A stretch of DNA of 63,188 nucleotides, the filler included, from Chiloscyllium plagiosum (taxonomy: Eukaryota): the NCBI RefSeq assembly GCF_004010195.1. It is 10 parts of 5 records of this genome, joined end to end, with 100 filler letters (N's around TTAATTAATTAA, not from the genome) between each part and the next. Parts side by side here need not be neighbours in the genome. Positions count along the whole stretch, not along the records: positions 1 to 10,160 come from NW_025214933.1; positions 10,261 to 21,758 come from NW_025214934.1; 8 more parts are not named here. The stretch is one strand, 5' to 3'. The notes under the pieces were generated by a model that saw only the letters and a list, made by a program, of their open reading frames with translations, made no database searches and was not told the origin of the DNA. The position numbers were made by a program, and so were the translations under genes. This document shows, piece after piece, positions 1 to 13,345 of this stretch (positions are counted from its first letter, which is position 1; each line of letters starts with the position of its first letter).

Positions 1-310
1 TTTTTTTTTATCAATGCCTGGGTTCAATAACATACACAGAAAGTAAGACAAAACTGTTTTTTTTTTTTGCAGAGAGACAAATCCGAAAATAGGGCTCACT
101 GACAAGTGCCGTACATGGAGTAGGTCGGGGTGAAACATTTGATGGTAGCATGACAACTGCAGTGAGAGCAAGGAGTAGAATGTCACAATACTCTGTGTAG
201 AAACGATTTAGCTTTGTTCGAATCGTGAGAAAATCATGCTGAAGAAAAACATCGATGGCGTCCATTTGCCATCTGATTAATCTTGACCTTACCTTGAAGA
301 CTGTGCACTA

Positions 311-957
311 TAGTTGTGGGTATGTTCGCTGAGATGGGAAGTTGGTTTGCCAAAGTTTCGTTAGCTTTGTTGTTTTTCTCCTCAGCGCTGCTGTACTGCG
401 CTAATTAGAATTTATTTGGTTTCTTTCATGCTGCACTGAAACTCAGCCCCTCTCAGGCAATAACTCACAATTATATAAAAATCAGTACTCATCATACGCT
501 GGATAGATGGTGTACATGATTCCACACAGAGACTATGTGAAACACTAAAGCGGGCAATTAGACAGACAACTAGCGATCATAAATATCAAGTAGCCACTAA
601 ATGCCACGAACATCCTTTGTAGCTGGACACACAGAGGACCAGAACCATGAATTCGACAGGGAAAACACAACAATAACAATGCAGGCCAAACAGAGGGCAG
701 TTAGTGTATTCCCAGAAGCTTGACACGCGTCCACGGAATCCATCAGTGAACATCTTGATATAGACCCAATACACCAAACACTGCAATAAATAACAGCACC
801 GTTAACTGTAAGCAGCAGTAAAGATAAACCTAAAAAAATTCAAACTGACACAGCAGCGCTTCGTAAGAGTCTCCACAGCACAAAGTATTACACCGACAAA
901 GCGGACGAAACATTTGTAAACCAACTTCCCAACTCGGCATCATACCAACAACAACTG
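311..957 (+). mobile_element. Old Penelope-like element remnant (degenerate GIY-YIG C-terminus) with inverted terminal copies
   Basis: 500-790 resembles the degenerate GIY-YIG C-terminus seen at 37730-37930. 313-370 is approximately the reverse complement of 895-955 (acaaag..acgaaac..aaaccaacttccca..). Confidence 0.55.
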
Positions 958-1317
958 AAACTGGTATCAAAGCTGCAAAGCTTGACACGAACTTCGTGTA
1001 CCGTGTAAAACTCAGGGGAAACTACAATCAAGGACCTTGTGGAAAATCAGCCAATATATCATCGGGAATTGAAACTTTCAGAGATGCAGAATAGCCAGTT
1101 CCCAGTGTTTTAAGTAAAATTACAGCAGAACCACCATAACCTCTGAGAAACCAAGTGAAAACTGAGAGGTTTTTTTCTACATGTTCTTACGATGTCACAA
1201 ACCTCAATCAGTACAGAAAAAATGAAGAGTGAAATTTAACTCACTCTGAAAATTCAAGTTCATTCAAAATTGAAAATCATCGATCACTGGATGGACGAAA
1301 ACAGAAAATATAATGTT

Positions 1318-1546
1318 AAAAATCACACAATACCAGATTATAGTCCAACAGGTTTAATTGGAAGCACACTTGCTTTCGGAGCGACGCTTCTTCATCTGGT
1401 GATTGTGGAGGGCTCGATCGTAACACAGAATTTATAGCAAAAAATCTGCAGTGTGATGTAACTGAAATTATACATTGAAGAATTGATTGTCTGTTAACAG
1501 ACAATCAATTCTTCAATGTATAATTTCAGTTACATCACACTGCAGA
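1318..1546 (-). mobile_element. PLE terminal-repeat fragment (family A) with a decayed hammerhead and a terminal 102-bp palindrome
   Basis: Homologous to 11963-12130 (aaatcacacaa..tatagtccaacaggttta..ctttcggagcg..ttcatc). 1445-1546 is a perfect palindrome centred on GTTAAC. Confidence 0.7.
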
Positions 1547-2196
1547 CGGCCGGAGAACTTTTAGCCAGAATTCACCCACAGAGTCATCCACTATTCCCAT
1601 GGTACAAGTGGAAGGAATGGAAGACTAAGTTAACGTGTGTTCTCTGAAGTGCAATGAAACGACATACTGCCACTTAATTGCTCCCCTGAGACTCATGTTG
1701 AATAAATTGGGCCATTTTGAACTTGGCATGAAATAATGTGAGCTCCATTCGTTTCGAAACGACGACGCAAAGATGCAGTGAAAGGCATTTTCGCAGCTGT
1801 AGGCGTCTCAGCTAAGTAATAACTTCCAGAGAAACAGCATGCATTCAGTAGCAGATCTACAGAATGTTTGAATCATTATAGGAGATATATTGTGCTGGAA
1901 GAACAGGGCTTACATAATGCATGATACTACAATAAAATATTTGAAATTCTGCATCACTTATAATATAATGTGGTCTAACATGATGGTCAAACCCGAGTTA
2001 TAAGATATTAAGAACTGATTGTGGTAACTCTTCACAGAGATGAATGCAATTGAAAAGAGTTCAATCTATTTTGCATTTTGTTTTCTGCTGTTACGTTTTC
2101 TACATGTGGCATTTACATTCGATAATTCGGGAACACAGCGAACGCTGATAAGGTCAAATTTATAGAGTCATAGCGAACGCTGATAAGGTCAAATTT

Positions 2197-3245
2197 ATAG
2201 AGTCATAGAGCTGTACAGCATTGAAACAGATCCTAACGTCCAACCGGTCACTGTCGACCAGATATCCCAACCCAATCTAGTCCCATCTGCCAGCACCCGG
2301 CCCATAACCCTCCAAACCCTTCCTATTCATATACCCATCCAAATTCCCCTTGAATGTTGCAATTGTACCAGCCTCCACCACATGCTCTGGCAGCTCATTC
2401 CATACACGCACCCCCTTCTGTGTGAAAAAGTTGCCCTTTAGGTCTCTTTTATATCTTTCCCCTCTCACCCTAAACCTATGCCCTCCAGTTCTGGACTTCC
2501 AGACTGCAGGGAAAAGACTTTGCCTATTTATCCTATCCATGCCCCTCATAATTTTGTAAACCTCTATCAGGTCACCCCTCAGCCTCCGACGCTTCAGGGA
2601 AAACAGCCCCAGCCTGTTCAGCCTCTCCCTCTGGCTCAGATCCTCCATCCCTGGCAAAATCCTTGTCAATCTTTTCTGAACCCTTTCAAGTTTCACAACA
2701 TCTTTCCGATAGGAAGGAGACCAGAATTGCACTCATGTTTCCGACAGTGGCCTAATCAATGTCCTGTACAGCCGCAACATGACCTCCCAATTCCTGTACT
2801 CAACACTCTGACCAATAAAGGAAAGCATACTAAACGCCTTCTTCACTATCCTATCTACCTGCAACTCCACTTTCAAGGAGCTATCAACCTGCACTCCAAG
2901 GTGTCTTTGTTCAGCAACACTCCATAGGACCTGAACATTAAGTGTATAAGTCCTGCTAAGATTTGCTTCCCCAAAATGCAGCACCTCGTATTTATTTGAA
3001 TTAAACTCGATCTGCCACTTCTCAGACCATTGGCCCATCTGTTCAAGATTCTGTTGTAATCTGAGGTAACCCTCTTCGCTGTCCACTGCACCTCCAATTT
3101 TTGTATCATCTGCAAACTTACGAACTATACCTCTTATGATCGCATCCAAATCATTTATGTAAAAGACAAAAAGTAGAGGGCCCAGCACGGATCCTTGTGA
3201 CACTCCGCGAGTCACAGGCCTCTAGTCTGAAAACCAACCCTCCAA
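2197..3245 (-). mobile_element. CR1 LINE, 5'-truncated (RT C-terminus, 3' UTR and ctatgact tail)
   Basis: ORFs 2733-3215 (GVSQGSVLGPLLF..KFADDTK) and 2277-2732 (ERVQKRLTR..RRRLRGDLIEVYK..VWNELP). An agtcatag tail lies near 2200. Confidence 0.93.
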
Positions 3246-3479
3246 AGTTCATTAAGAATCGATAACTGTTTAATTGAGAAGATACATTTACGGATTTTGT
3301 ATTCAGCTTTGGCAAGTAAACATAATCGTGTGCTTCACTATACAATTGACTCATAAATTTGAAACCGAACAATAAAAGCTAATAATAGGAATACTGAGAA
3401 AAACACGGAGTAAATAATTATTTTGCAAAAAGCATTGTAAGGGAGAATGGAGTAAATAATATTAAAGGGTTGAATTGCA

Positions 3480-3920
3480 GAGAGCAGGGTCGCCACAGAC
3501 ACTGGAAGATGGATAACTGACGGTGATACTAATTCCAGAAGTATAGTGTAGAAAAGGACGTAAGATGAGCTGAATACGTATGAGAACGGCAAGAACCAAC
3601 TCGATTGAATTCCCATTGGTCTGACAGTAAAAAACTATTGAAACGAGGGCACTCAGAGGAACAACGGGAACTTCGGTTGCCCACAGATCCCTCAAGGCGG
3701 TGAATCACTGTAATTAGGTGGTTCAGAAGTCATATGGGGCATTTGCGGTGAGAAATCAAAGCATACATAATAAAAGTAGGGAAGTTATGTTGGAACTACC
3801 CAGGACTATGGTTATTTTGTGCACTTCTGATCATCACGCTCTTGGAAGAATGTCAGTATAATGGAGCGAAGCAAACGAGTTTCATAAACATCTTGTCTTA
3901 GGGACAGTACTTTATTTATG
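3480..3920 (+). mobile_element. Highly degraded CR1 RT fragment
   Basis: Nucleotide similarity to the CR1 RT C-terminal region (..aagtagggaagttatgttggaact..aggactatggtt..). Confidence 0.4.
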
Positions 3921-5603
3921 AACAAAGAATAGCGAACAAAGAGAATTACAGCAGAGGAATAGTCTCTTCAATCCTCCAAGCTTGTGTTAATTAACATTTC
4001 CAAACCAAACTAGAAACCAAACCTTCTGCCTTTGTTCGGTCCCTTTGCCTCTATTCCCTCCCTATTAAAGTAACCTCTCACACCTTTTGTAACCATCTCC
4101 AACTTTTGCTATCAGAGAGATGGTGCAAATATTATACACATGAACCAACGGGTTCGAAAACCGCTTCTTCCCCGCTGATATCACATTGCCAAATAGAACT
4201 CGAAAATTTCAAATCCAATATTGAACTTGCTTTTCTGAAAACCATAACTTTGGATGCTTCGCTCTTGTTCACCCTATGATCTTTTTATATTGTATGTTAT
4301 GACCAGCCTGTCGTGCATGAAAAACCTTACAGAATGCACTTCGTTGCATCAGACAACAATAGATGACATCTAATCAAAGACCAAGTCATTAAACATTCAG
4401 GTGCAGCATGTTTTGATTTATAATTGTCATATATAATGAGTCACAGTGAAAAGTGTTGTATTGCACGCAGTGCAGGGAGACCTTAACATTAAAAGTGCAT
4501 GAGTGAAGGGGAATGACTGCAGAATACAGTGTCACAGCTGCAGAGATGGCACAGAATCAGAAATGGACAGTAACTTTTGAAAATTTAGCAAAGTGAATGC
4601 TTTGATTTACAATATTGTGTGAGTATTTGAGCATATGAACAAGGCCACGTAAGTACAGATGCACAATGCCTCGTGAAACGTGGAGAAATGTGGGCAGTTT
4701 TCAAACAACAAAAGAAGAAAATATTCTTGATGTAGATCGAGCACATAATGTCAACACACTGACATTTGGCTGGCACGTTTGTCATCTGAGGTGAGATTGG
4801 TACGTATTGCCCTGTATGTACGTGAGCTTTGGCGAATGAAAGGGATCCCCATGAAAGCTTTAAAATTCATAGAGGGACGACAGTCTGGATGCAGGTTGGA
4901 TGGAGGCGGCTGACTGAGCGAGAACATATATTCAAGTTCTCCGATTTTAGGATATATCATTTACATCAACATTCTGAGAGAATTCTTCACTTGCAGTGTA
5001 GTCAACCTCTGATATTCTCTGACTCATAAGACAGTGGAAACCAAACTACTTAATTTTTTGAGAGAAATAGATGGGTAGACTTGCACATATTAATGCAATC
5101 AAGAATACGGGAAGGAAGGGTTACATTGTGTTGAGACATAATGTCCGCCACAATCATATTGACGAGTTAAACTAGGTTGGTTATCTGGCTGCATTTTCTG
5201 CATCCTCCATGTATTTGACAGCATAAGAATTATGGTGTTCTTATGCACTAAAAACTGTATCGACAATAGATAGCAGCTTACCATCCCCGACATGGGTTCC
5301 AAGGACTGGACAATAAATATCAGCAACGTTATCAACCATATTAGAAATGCACATAAACTAAGAAAATGCAAAAACAAATTTTAGGCATTTCTCATAATTA
5401 AGGCTGAGACTACTGAAGTGGCATTTTATCTGCACAGGGAATCACTGTTGATTGACAACAAGAGGAATGATGCATGCTGACAAATTGGACTGAGTAAGAC
5501 CACGGGCAACAAATGTTCAAAAACATCCAAGATTGTATACTGAGCGGTTTTAGGAACTCTGGTATGCAGTATTAGTGACCCGAATTATCATCAGGAAGGC
5601 ATA

Positions 5604-6413
5604 TACGGAGGAACCTCGATTATCTGAAAACCATTTCTCCAAAAATCTAATTATCCGAAGGAGATCTCGAGGTCCCAATGGAAACATCACATCAAAGATG
5701 TGTTTCCAACAGTGACCACGTCTTCTGTTTACAGTGATTAAACAGGCACCGTCTCCAAATGACTGACCTCCCACACTTTCTCTTCCCACACTTTCTCTGG
5801 AGTTCTACACAGGGTTGAATCCTAAAATCGCTTCCCCAGATATTCTTTCCAACATTGCCTGTACAGGGTAAAGGTGGAACCCATCAAAAGGTTGCAGTAA
5901 ACAGTTGTGTGTGTGGCTGTCGCTGTGTGAGTCTGTGTGTGTTTGTGTGTGCGTGTCAGTGTGGTATTTGGAGACTTACCTCATAAAGGCACTGCAGCAG
6001 TCTTGTTGTTTGTCTCCAGGGAGGGAGGTGGGTATGAACTGGTTTGGGGGGGTGTGGGGAGCAGTGGTAGACACGGTTGGGGGCGGGTTTTTTTGGGGGC
6101 GGTGGGCAGTGTTGGATGGGTCAGGGACTGGAGCAGGGGCATGCTGGATGTGTTTGGGGGATCGGTGTTGCATGGGGTTGTGGCTGGGCGGAGTGTTGCA
6201 CTGGGTTGGAGGTTTATGGGTGGAGATGGTGTTGGGGGTTTGATCGGGTGTGGGGCCTCACGCGCTGTGTGCAGCTGGTAGACCCCTGAACGGGAAGCAG
6301 TATTTAATAACTCTGATCCCCAGAGGAAAGATACTTAATCGAATAACCGAATAATTGATTATTCAGACGAAATAGTGCCAGCCAATTACGTTTGGATAAT
6401 TGATGTTACCCTG
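5604..6413. mobile_element. Tigger/pogo-like non-autonomous DNA element (MITE)
   Basis: Left end ta-cggaggaacctcgattatctgaa and right end ttggataattgatgttaccctg are imperfect terminal inverted repeats. The same TIR motif occurs at 31110-31200. Confidence 0.5.
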
Positions 6414-6553
6414 TTTTCTTGTAACCACTTCTCAAGAAATATGGCATAACATCTCTGAACTATTAAAGCTAGTCATGCGGATTAACACAGTTAGTGGGTT
6501 TTCCATTGACCCTGTTTTGCAGTGAATCCCGTCTTGGCAAGTGTTCAATATGT

Positions 6554-6729
6554 GGGACGTACGGTGGCACAGTGGTTAGCACTGCAGCCTCCCAGCGCCA
6601 GAGACCCGGGTTCACTTCCCACCTCAGGCGACTCTCTGTGTGGAGTTTGCACCTTCTGCCCGTGTCTGCGTGGGTTTCCTCCCGCAATCCAAAGATGTGC
6701 AGGTTAGGTGAATTGGCCATGCTAAATTT
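6554..6729 (+). mobile_element. HE1-type tRNA-derived V-SINE (3' truncated)
   Basis: ggtggcacagtggttagcactgc..gacccgggttc (A/B boxes) followed by the tgtggagtttgcac..gggtttcctcc V-domain. Confidence 0.88.
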
Positions 6730-6769
6730 GAAGAAGTTGCTAATCTGCCTTGATAAAATGATAGTTTGA

Positions 6770-6882
6770 GATGGAAATGTGTTGCTGGAAAAGCGCAGCA
6801 GGTCAGGCAGCATCTAGGGAACAGGAGAATCGACGTTTCGGGCATTAGCCATTCTTCAGGAAGGGCTAATGCCCGAAATGAT
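6770..6882 (-). mobile_element. PLE-derived terminal fragment (family B) with a hammerhead-like motif
   Basis: tgtgttgctggaaaagcgcagcaggtcaggcagcatc..cgacgtttcgggcattagccattcttcaggaa, followed by a short inverted restart gaagggctaatgcccgaaa. Confidence 0.75.
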
Positions 6883-6953
6883 AGTTTTTTTGTCAAGATG
6901 TTCACACGGGTTTGGTTCCTCCTTCATAATAATTATCTCGTGAATATTTATAG

Positions 6954-7906
6954 AAAACCTGGTGACAATCATAGTCCTATCCCGAGGACAATGTGGTCTC
7001 TCGGTGCATCACCTATTATATAGTCCTATGAGGACAATGTGGTCTCTCGGTGCATCACCTATTATCTCTTGGCGACAGCAGTCACCAATTTTCTCGTCAT
7101 CATCACTGCTGTCATTCTTAATCCGATTGGAGGCATCTACTTCAGGTACAGTCTCCTGTCAAACACCCCCATGTGCAAGCTCAGCGCTGTGGTTGTATAT
7201 GTAACACGGGATGGCTCCGTGTGGCTGACAGTGGCCTTCACTATCGACCGTTTTATGGCCATCTGCGGACACAGACCTAAGACCAAATACTGCACTGAGA
7301 AAACTGCATTGCTGGTCATAACCATTATCTGCATCCTGAGCTTTCTCAAGAATATCTCATTCTACTTCACCTACAAACCTTTGTACATTTCGGATGGAGT
7401 GTCATGGTTCTGTGATATCAAGCCTACCTATTACACTTCCCGAGTCTGGAAGACCCACGACTGGTTGGATCACATCAAGACGCCCCTTGTCCCGTTCCTC
7501 CTAATTCTGCTGCTCAATGCTCTTACTGTCAGACTCATCCTCACAGCCAGCAGGACTCGCAAGAGGCTCCGTGGCACTGAGACCAGGAAATAGTCAACCT
7601 CAAGAAGTCCATCATCCTGCTATTCGCCATGTCACTCAGTCTGAGAGTGACAAACTGAGTCACTGTCAAACTGACACCTATGTGGGTCATTTTCTCGATG
7701 TTAGGATTCCTGGTGAGGCGTACTTTACCGGCGTGGATTTCAATGACCCAGAATACATTCTTCAAGAGACGACCAACATGCTCCAGTTACTCAGTTCCTG
7801 CAAAAACGTATTCATCTACGCTGTAGCCCAAAGCAAGTTCCGTGAGGATGTCAAGATGGTGTTGGTGTGCCCCTTCACTACTCTCAAATGTTTCATTAAA
7901 TGGTGA
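6954..7906 (+). pseudogene. GPR139/GPR142-like class A GPCR pseudogene (large second exon, end of TM1 to C-tail)
   Basis: AG acceptor at 6952-6953, then NLVTIIVLSRGQCGLS. Motifs follow as SVWLTVAFTIDRF, KYCTEKTA, WFC, TPLVPFLLILLLNALTVR, KKSIILLFAMS and MLQLLSSCKNVFIYAVAQSKFRE. They are spread over three frames, with a TAG at 7591-7593 and an internal duplication at 6971-7065. Confidence 0.88.
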
Positions 7907-8924
7907 AAGTTGTAAAGCTACCTCATGTACCTTATTCTACTGCACAAGTGTGGATCACCATGTGGAACATCCCTGCAAAAACAGAAAACACAACTGAAAT
8001 TCCGACATTGCGCTTGGATCACGCAGAATTTTGTATGTCAGTACTTACATGATTTGAATTAGGACAACAGGGAATCTTTTTAATCTCTGCTTTGTGCTCT
8101 TAAACATGGTGTTTGAATAACTGCCCAATGTATACTGAAAGGCAGCTTTCGAACGTGTATTTACCAACAAAATGAAACACAGTAGCATTTCAAAATCAAC
8201 AAGAGCATGTACTAACATAGTACACTTTCAGAGACGCAGCTGAACTGTCATAACTGGTTATGCTTCTGCTAGTCTGTATAGTAACAGGGATCTAAATTGT
8301 GCCTTATAATGTCTGAAGTAATTTTCAATGAGGTATTGCATGCAATATTAGCAATGAAGTAGCTAAACTTCTCTGGGTCGCTAACAAACATTTATAATAT
8401 AATAGAACGTCGTGTGTTGTGACGTGTTCTCAACGTAAAGTAGAGTCAAATGTTTGTACCATCGCCATACATCGGCATCATTCACATTATCTTAGATTAA
8501 AATAAGTAAAAGTAACTTAAAGACCGTCCAAGGTTTTCTTCTACACTGCAGGCAGCATGCCACTGCCAAAGTCCGTCTCCGGGCTTCACAGCCCAGTCTA
8601 GGCCGCTAGCAGTGGTCCACTTCCTGGAGAAACGAGAATCCTGCTGTAGATTTGACAGACCTTCTGGCCAACTTTGAGGCTGCAATGCGCCTCAAGGTTC
8701 CGTTGCATCCTTGGAGACCTTTGAAGGAATCTATTGATTAAGAGCTGCCTTTATCAGACAATTTTGATTTAAAAAGAAGGCGAAGAAGAAAAAGGAAAAG
8801 AAAAAAACGTGGACAAAGAAGGCAAACCGTGGCACTGGAGTCCATATGCTGCCTACTCCTCCGCTGCCAACGTGGCGATTATAGAATTACAATACAATTA
8901 GAATTTTCTTTTTTTTGTCACATA

Positions 8925-10160
8925 TACTGTTCGAGCGGGATCTGCCTTTGGAGGTAATATGGGCTGAAGTCAGAAATAGGAAAGGAGCAGTCACCTTGTT
9001 AGGTGTATACTATAGGCCTCCCAATAACAGCAGAGATGTGGAGAAACAGATTGGGAAACAGCTTTTGGAAAGGTGCAGGGTAGTAGTCATGGGCGATTTC
9101 AACTTCCCAAATATTGATTGGAAACTCTTTAGATCAAGTAGATTGGACGGGGCAGTGTTTGTGCAGTGTGTCCAGGAATCCTTTCTAACTCAGTGTGTAG
9201 ATTGTCCGACCAGAGGGGAGCCCATATTGGATTTGGCACTTGGTAACGAACCGGGACAAGTGATGGGCTTGTTATTGGGTGAGCATTTTGGTGATGGTGA
9301 CCACAACTCTGTGATTTTCACCTTGGTTATGGAGAGAGACAGGTGCGTGCAACAGGGTAGGTTTTACAATGGGGGAAGGGAAAATACGATGCTGCAAGAC
9401 AGGAACTGAGGAGCATAAATTGGGAGCATAGGCTGTCAGGGAAGGACGTCATTGAAATGTGGAACTTTTTCAAAGAATAGATACGACATGTCCTTGATAT
9501 GTATGCACCTGTCAGGCAGGAAAGAGATGGTCGTGTGAGGGAACCTCGGTTGACGAGGGAGGTTGAATGTCTTGTAAAGAGAAAGAAGGAGGCTTACATA
9601 AGGTTGAGGAAACAACATTCAGACAGAGCGTTGGAGGGATACAGGATAGCCAGGAGGGAGCTGAAGAAAGGGATTAGGAGAGGTAAGAGAGGGCATGAAA
9701 AATCTTTCACGGGTAAGATCAAGGATAACCCCAAGGACTTTTATGCGTATGTGAGAAACATGAGAATGATGAGAACGAGGGTAGGTTCGATCAAGGACAG
9801 TAGTGGGAGACTGTGAATTGAGTCGGAAGAGATAGGAGAGGTCTTGAATGAGTACTTTTCTGCAGTATTTACAAATGAAAGGGACCGTATTGTTGAAGAG
9901 GAGAGTATGAAACGGACTGGTAAGCTAGAGGAGATACTTGTTAGGAAGGAAGATGTGTTGGACATTTTGAATAACTTGAGGATAGACAAGTCCCCCGGGC
10001 CTGACGGGATATATCCTAGGATTATGTGGGAAGCAAGAGAGGAAATTGCAGTACCGTTGGCAATGATCTTTTCATCTTCACTGTCAACGGGGGTGGTACC
10101 AGGGGACTGGAGAGTGGTGAATGTTGTGCCCCTGTTCAAAAAAAGGAATAGGGATAACCC
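8925..10160 (+). mobile_element. CR1 LINE ORF2 fragment (AP endonuclease to start of RT), disrupted
   Basis: GVYYRPPN, VMGDFNFPNIDW, PTRGEPILDL, DHNSV, KSPGPDGIYPR, VPGDWRVVNVVPLFKK. Confidence 0.92.
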
Positions 10161-10260
10161 NNNNNNNNNNNNNNNNNNNNNNNNNNNNNNNNNNNNNNNN
10201 NNNNTTAATTAATTAANNNNNNNNNNNNNNNNNNNNNNNNNNNNNNNNNNNNNNNNNNNN
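10161..10260. other. Artificial contig linker N44-TTAATTAATTAA-N44 (12-mer also at 21803, 26232, 33812, 41745, 48460, 52456, 55233, 61058)
   Basis: Identical 100-nt spacer with an all-frame-stop 12-mer, repeated nine times. Confidence 0.95.
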
Positions 10261-11965
10261 CCCTAGTTAAAAGGAATATTCTGCCTCGTCTCCTATATCC
10301 AATGAGAATGATCCCTCTGATGTTGCCGAGACTGGCGTTACGTAAGCTACATGGCTGGCTTGGTTTCTTTATTTGGAATCATAGACGGCCCCTTGTCAAA
10401 TTAGAGAAGCTGCAGCTCCCACAAGCAGGGGGAGGACTGGACTTTCCAGACTTTAGGAGGTATCAGTTGAGCTCTTTATTATCCTATGTAACTGAATGGG
10501 TCTCTTGTGACCCACAATCAACTTGGTTAGACATTGAGACCTCCCAAGTGTCCCCACATCAATCTGTTATTTATGGATAAGATGAGAGCTATTATGGACT
10601 ATTGTAAAAACCCTATTGTATTAAATACAATTAAAGCCTAAGGATAATGTGACAAGATGAGGGTAACCTGCAAAGACCCTCCCCTTATACTCCTGTAATG
10701 AGAGCATCGCGATTCCAGCCAGGGCTGACAGACGCGACAGAGGAGGTCCGGAGGTACCTACTGTTTGGGGGGGACCTGTTCGATGGGGAGGTTATGATGT
10801 CCTTTGAGCAGCTGCACCAGAGGTTTAGGCTGCCTAACGGGGACCTTTTTCGGTATTTCCCAGTAGGAGGATTATATACAGAAGAGCACATTATCAGACA
10901 GTCTCTACAAATCGCTATAGGGAAAGGTAGAGTGCTATGGCCTATGGGGCCACCCTCAGTCAGTACTCTTTATCATTCATTACATAACGAAAGCCATGGA
11001 ACGATTAGTTAAAGTATGAAACCAAGAATTGGGGTTAGAAATCTCTTTAGAAATGTGGGAGGCCATCTGGGAAAATGCCAGCAAGGTCTCTATCTGTAAC
11101 AGAACTCGGGCTATTCAGTTAAAGGTACTCCACAGGGCTCATATAGCACCTGACCGACTGGCAACATTCGAGGCAGGAGCATCCCCAATGTGTCCTAAAT
11201 GTGAAACTGAAGTTGGCACACTCACGCATTGTCTATGGACATGCCATAAGATCCGCGGGTATTGGGATAGAGTAGCGAATGCCTTGACAGAGATCTTGGG
11301 TACGGAGATTAGACTGGATCCAGTGTCCCTGCTTTTGGGCTCTTCAGATTTTCCCTCCTTGGATGTGTACGGGAGGAAACTATTTACCATTCTGTCCTTT
11401 TGTGCAAGGAAAACTATTTTAGTGAATTGTGTGGCTGAAGGCCCCCCCCAGGACTCTCGAACTGGCATAGGTTAGTCATGGAATATATTCCCCCCCCCCC
11501 CCCCCCCTTGACTTCCTCACAAATATGGTGCAGCAAAAAAACGGAATTATTTTATAAAATATGGCAGCCCTTTCTTAACTATACAGACACAGATATTTCG
11601 TCCATATTGTCCAGGGCATATGTCTGGCTGGTCTGGGTGCCCCTGGGAGGAGCAGTCCTGTAAAAATACGGGTTTCATTATGGCTTGATGTAAATCTATT
11701 TTGAGCATGCACTTAGTTATTTAATTATTCTGTTGTTTATCACGAGTAATGTATGATATCCTATTTTATGTTTGGGTTGTTTGTAGGATAGATCAGTAGT
11801 TAGTTGGAGTTTTCTCTTTTTTTGTCTCAGTTATTATTCATTTCTTTTCTTTTTTCTTATTTATTTAATTTTATATCGGTGTTTATACTTGTTTGTATTA
11901 CTTCACAATTTTGTTAAAAAATCTTTTAAAATTTCCTTTTTTCAATAAAAATACCTATAAAAAAA
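10261..11965 (+). mobile_element. L1-clade LINE 3' part (ORF2 C-terminus with CCHC zinc knuckle, T-rich 3' UTR, poly(A))
   Basis: KLQLPQAGGGLDFPDFRRY; CPKCETEVGTLTHCLWTC; AATAAA at about 11944 and an A-rich end. Confidence 0.85.
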
Positions 11966-12007
11966 TCACACAACACCAGGTTATAGTCCAACAGGTTTAT
12001 TTGGAAA

Positions 12008-12042
12008 CACTAGCTTTCGGAGCGCTGCCCCTTCATCAGGTG
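12008..12042 (-). ncRNA. Minimal type-I hammerhead ribozyme motif (family A)
   Basis: Minus strand reads cac-CUGAUGA-a-ggggc(agc)gcucc-GAAA-gc-UA-gug. The core is intact, with a 5-bp stem II, a palindromic AGCU stem III and stem I cac/gug. Confidence 0.75.
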
Positions 12043-13345
12043 ATTGTGGAGAATAAGATTGTCAGACACAGAATTTATAGCAAACGTTTACAGTGTGATG
12101 TAACTGAAATTATATATTGCAAAAGACCTGGATTATTTGCTAAGTCTCTCATCTTTTAGAATGACTGTGTTGGTTTCAGTTCTTTCATGTGTAAATCACA
12201 AAACGTTTTAAAAGTTACATTCTCAAGTGCACTTTAACAGTTGGTGTCATGTCGGCCCAGATAAGGTATTGAAGGTGTTAACTCCCTGTGTGAGGCTGTC
12301 TGTGCCACAATGGTCAGACTGATTCTAATCTAAAAAACGGATGTACAGAATCTTACATGGATTCATGCAGTTTTTGAGCAAAGTAAAATGTCACTCTGTA
12401 AGTACAAGTTCATCACACAAACTTATATATCTATGTGGGGGTGTGGGGGTATGAGTGTCTGTGAGAGGGTGTGTGTATGTGTGTGAGTGTGAGTGTAAAG
12501 GGGTTTAGGTCTGTGAGAGGGTGTGTGTGGGAGTGTATGTATGAGTGTATGAGAGAGGGTCTGAGTGTGTGTGTGTGTGTCTGTCTGTGTGTGTGTATGT
12601 GGATATGTGTCTGTGTGCATGTGTGTGTGTGTCTGTCTGTGTGTGTNNNNNNNNNNNNNNNNNNNNNNNNNNNNNNNNNNNNNNNNNNNNNNNNNNNNNN
12701 NNNNNNNNNNNNNNNNNNNNNNNNNNNNNNNNNNNNNNNNNNNNNNNNNNNNNNNNNNNNNNNNNNNNNNNNNNNNNNNNNNNNNNNNNNNNNNNNNNNN
12801 NNNNNNNNNNNNNNNNNNNNNNNNNNNNNNNNNNNNNNNNNNNNNNNNNNNNNNNNNNNNNNNNNNNNNNNNNNNNNNNNNNNNNNNNNNNNNNNNNNNN
12901 NNNNNNNNNNNNNNNNNNNNNNNNNNNNNNNNNNNNNNNNNNNNNNNNNNNNNNNNNNNNNNNNNNNNNNNNNNNNNNNNNNNNNNNNNNNNNNNNNNNN
13001 NNNNNNNNNNNNNNNNNNNNNNNNNNNNNNNNNNNNNNNNNNNNNNNNNNNNNNNNNNNNNNNNNNNNNNNNNNNNNNNNNNNNNNNNNNNNNNNNNNNN
13101 NNNNNNNNNNNNNNNNNNNNNNNNNNNNNNNNNNNNNNNNNNNNNNNNNNNNNNNNNNNNNNNNNNNNNNNNNNNNNNNNNNNNNNNNNNNNNNNNNNNN
13201 NNNNNNNNNNNNNNNNNNNNNNNNNNNNNNNNNNNNNNNNNNNNNNNNNNNNNNNNNNNNNNNNNNNNNNNNNNNNNNNNNNNNNNNNNNNNNNNNNNNN
13301 NNNNNNNNNNNNNNNNNNNNNNNNNNNNNNNNNNNNNNNNNNNNN

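Noticed and set aside
3338..5377. Short hydrophobic ORFs upstream of the GPCR as a candidate exon 1
   Set aside because: They are on the wrong strand or lack the expected YYP..GVP motif and a phase-1 donor; no supported exon.
10205..10216. Recurrent TTAATTAATTAA motif within N runs (nine times)
   Set aside because: It has identical 44-N flanks and all-frame stops, so it is an assembly or concatenation linker, not biology.
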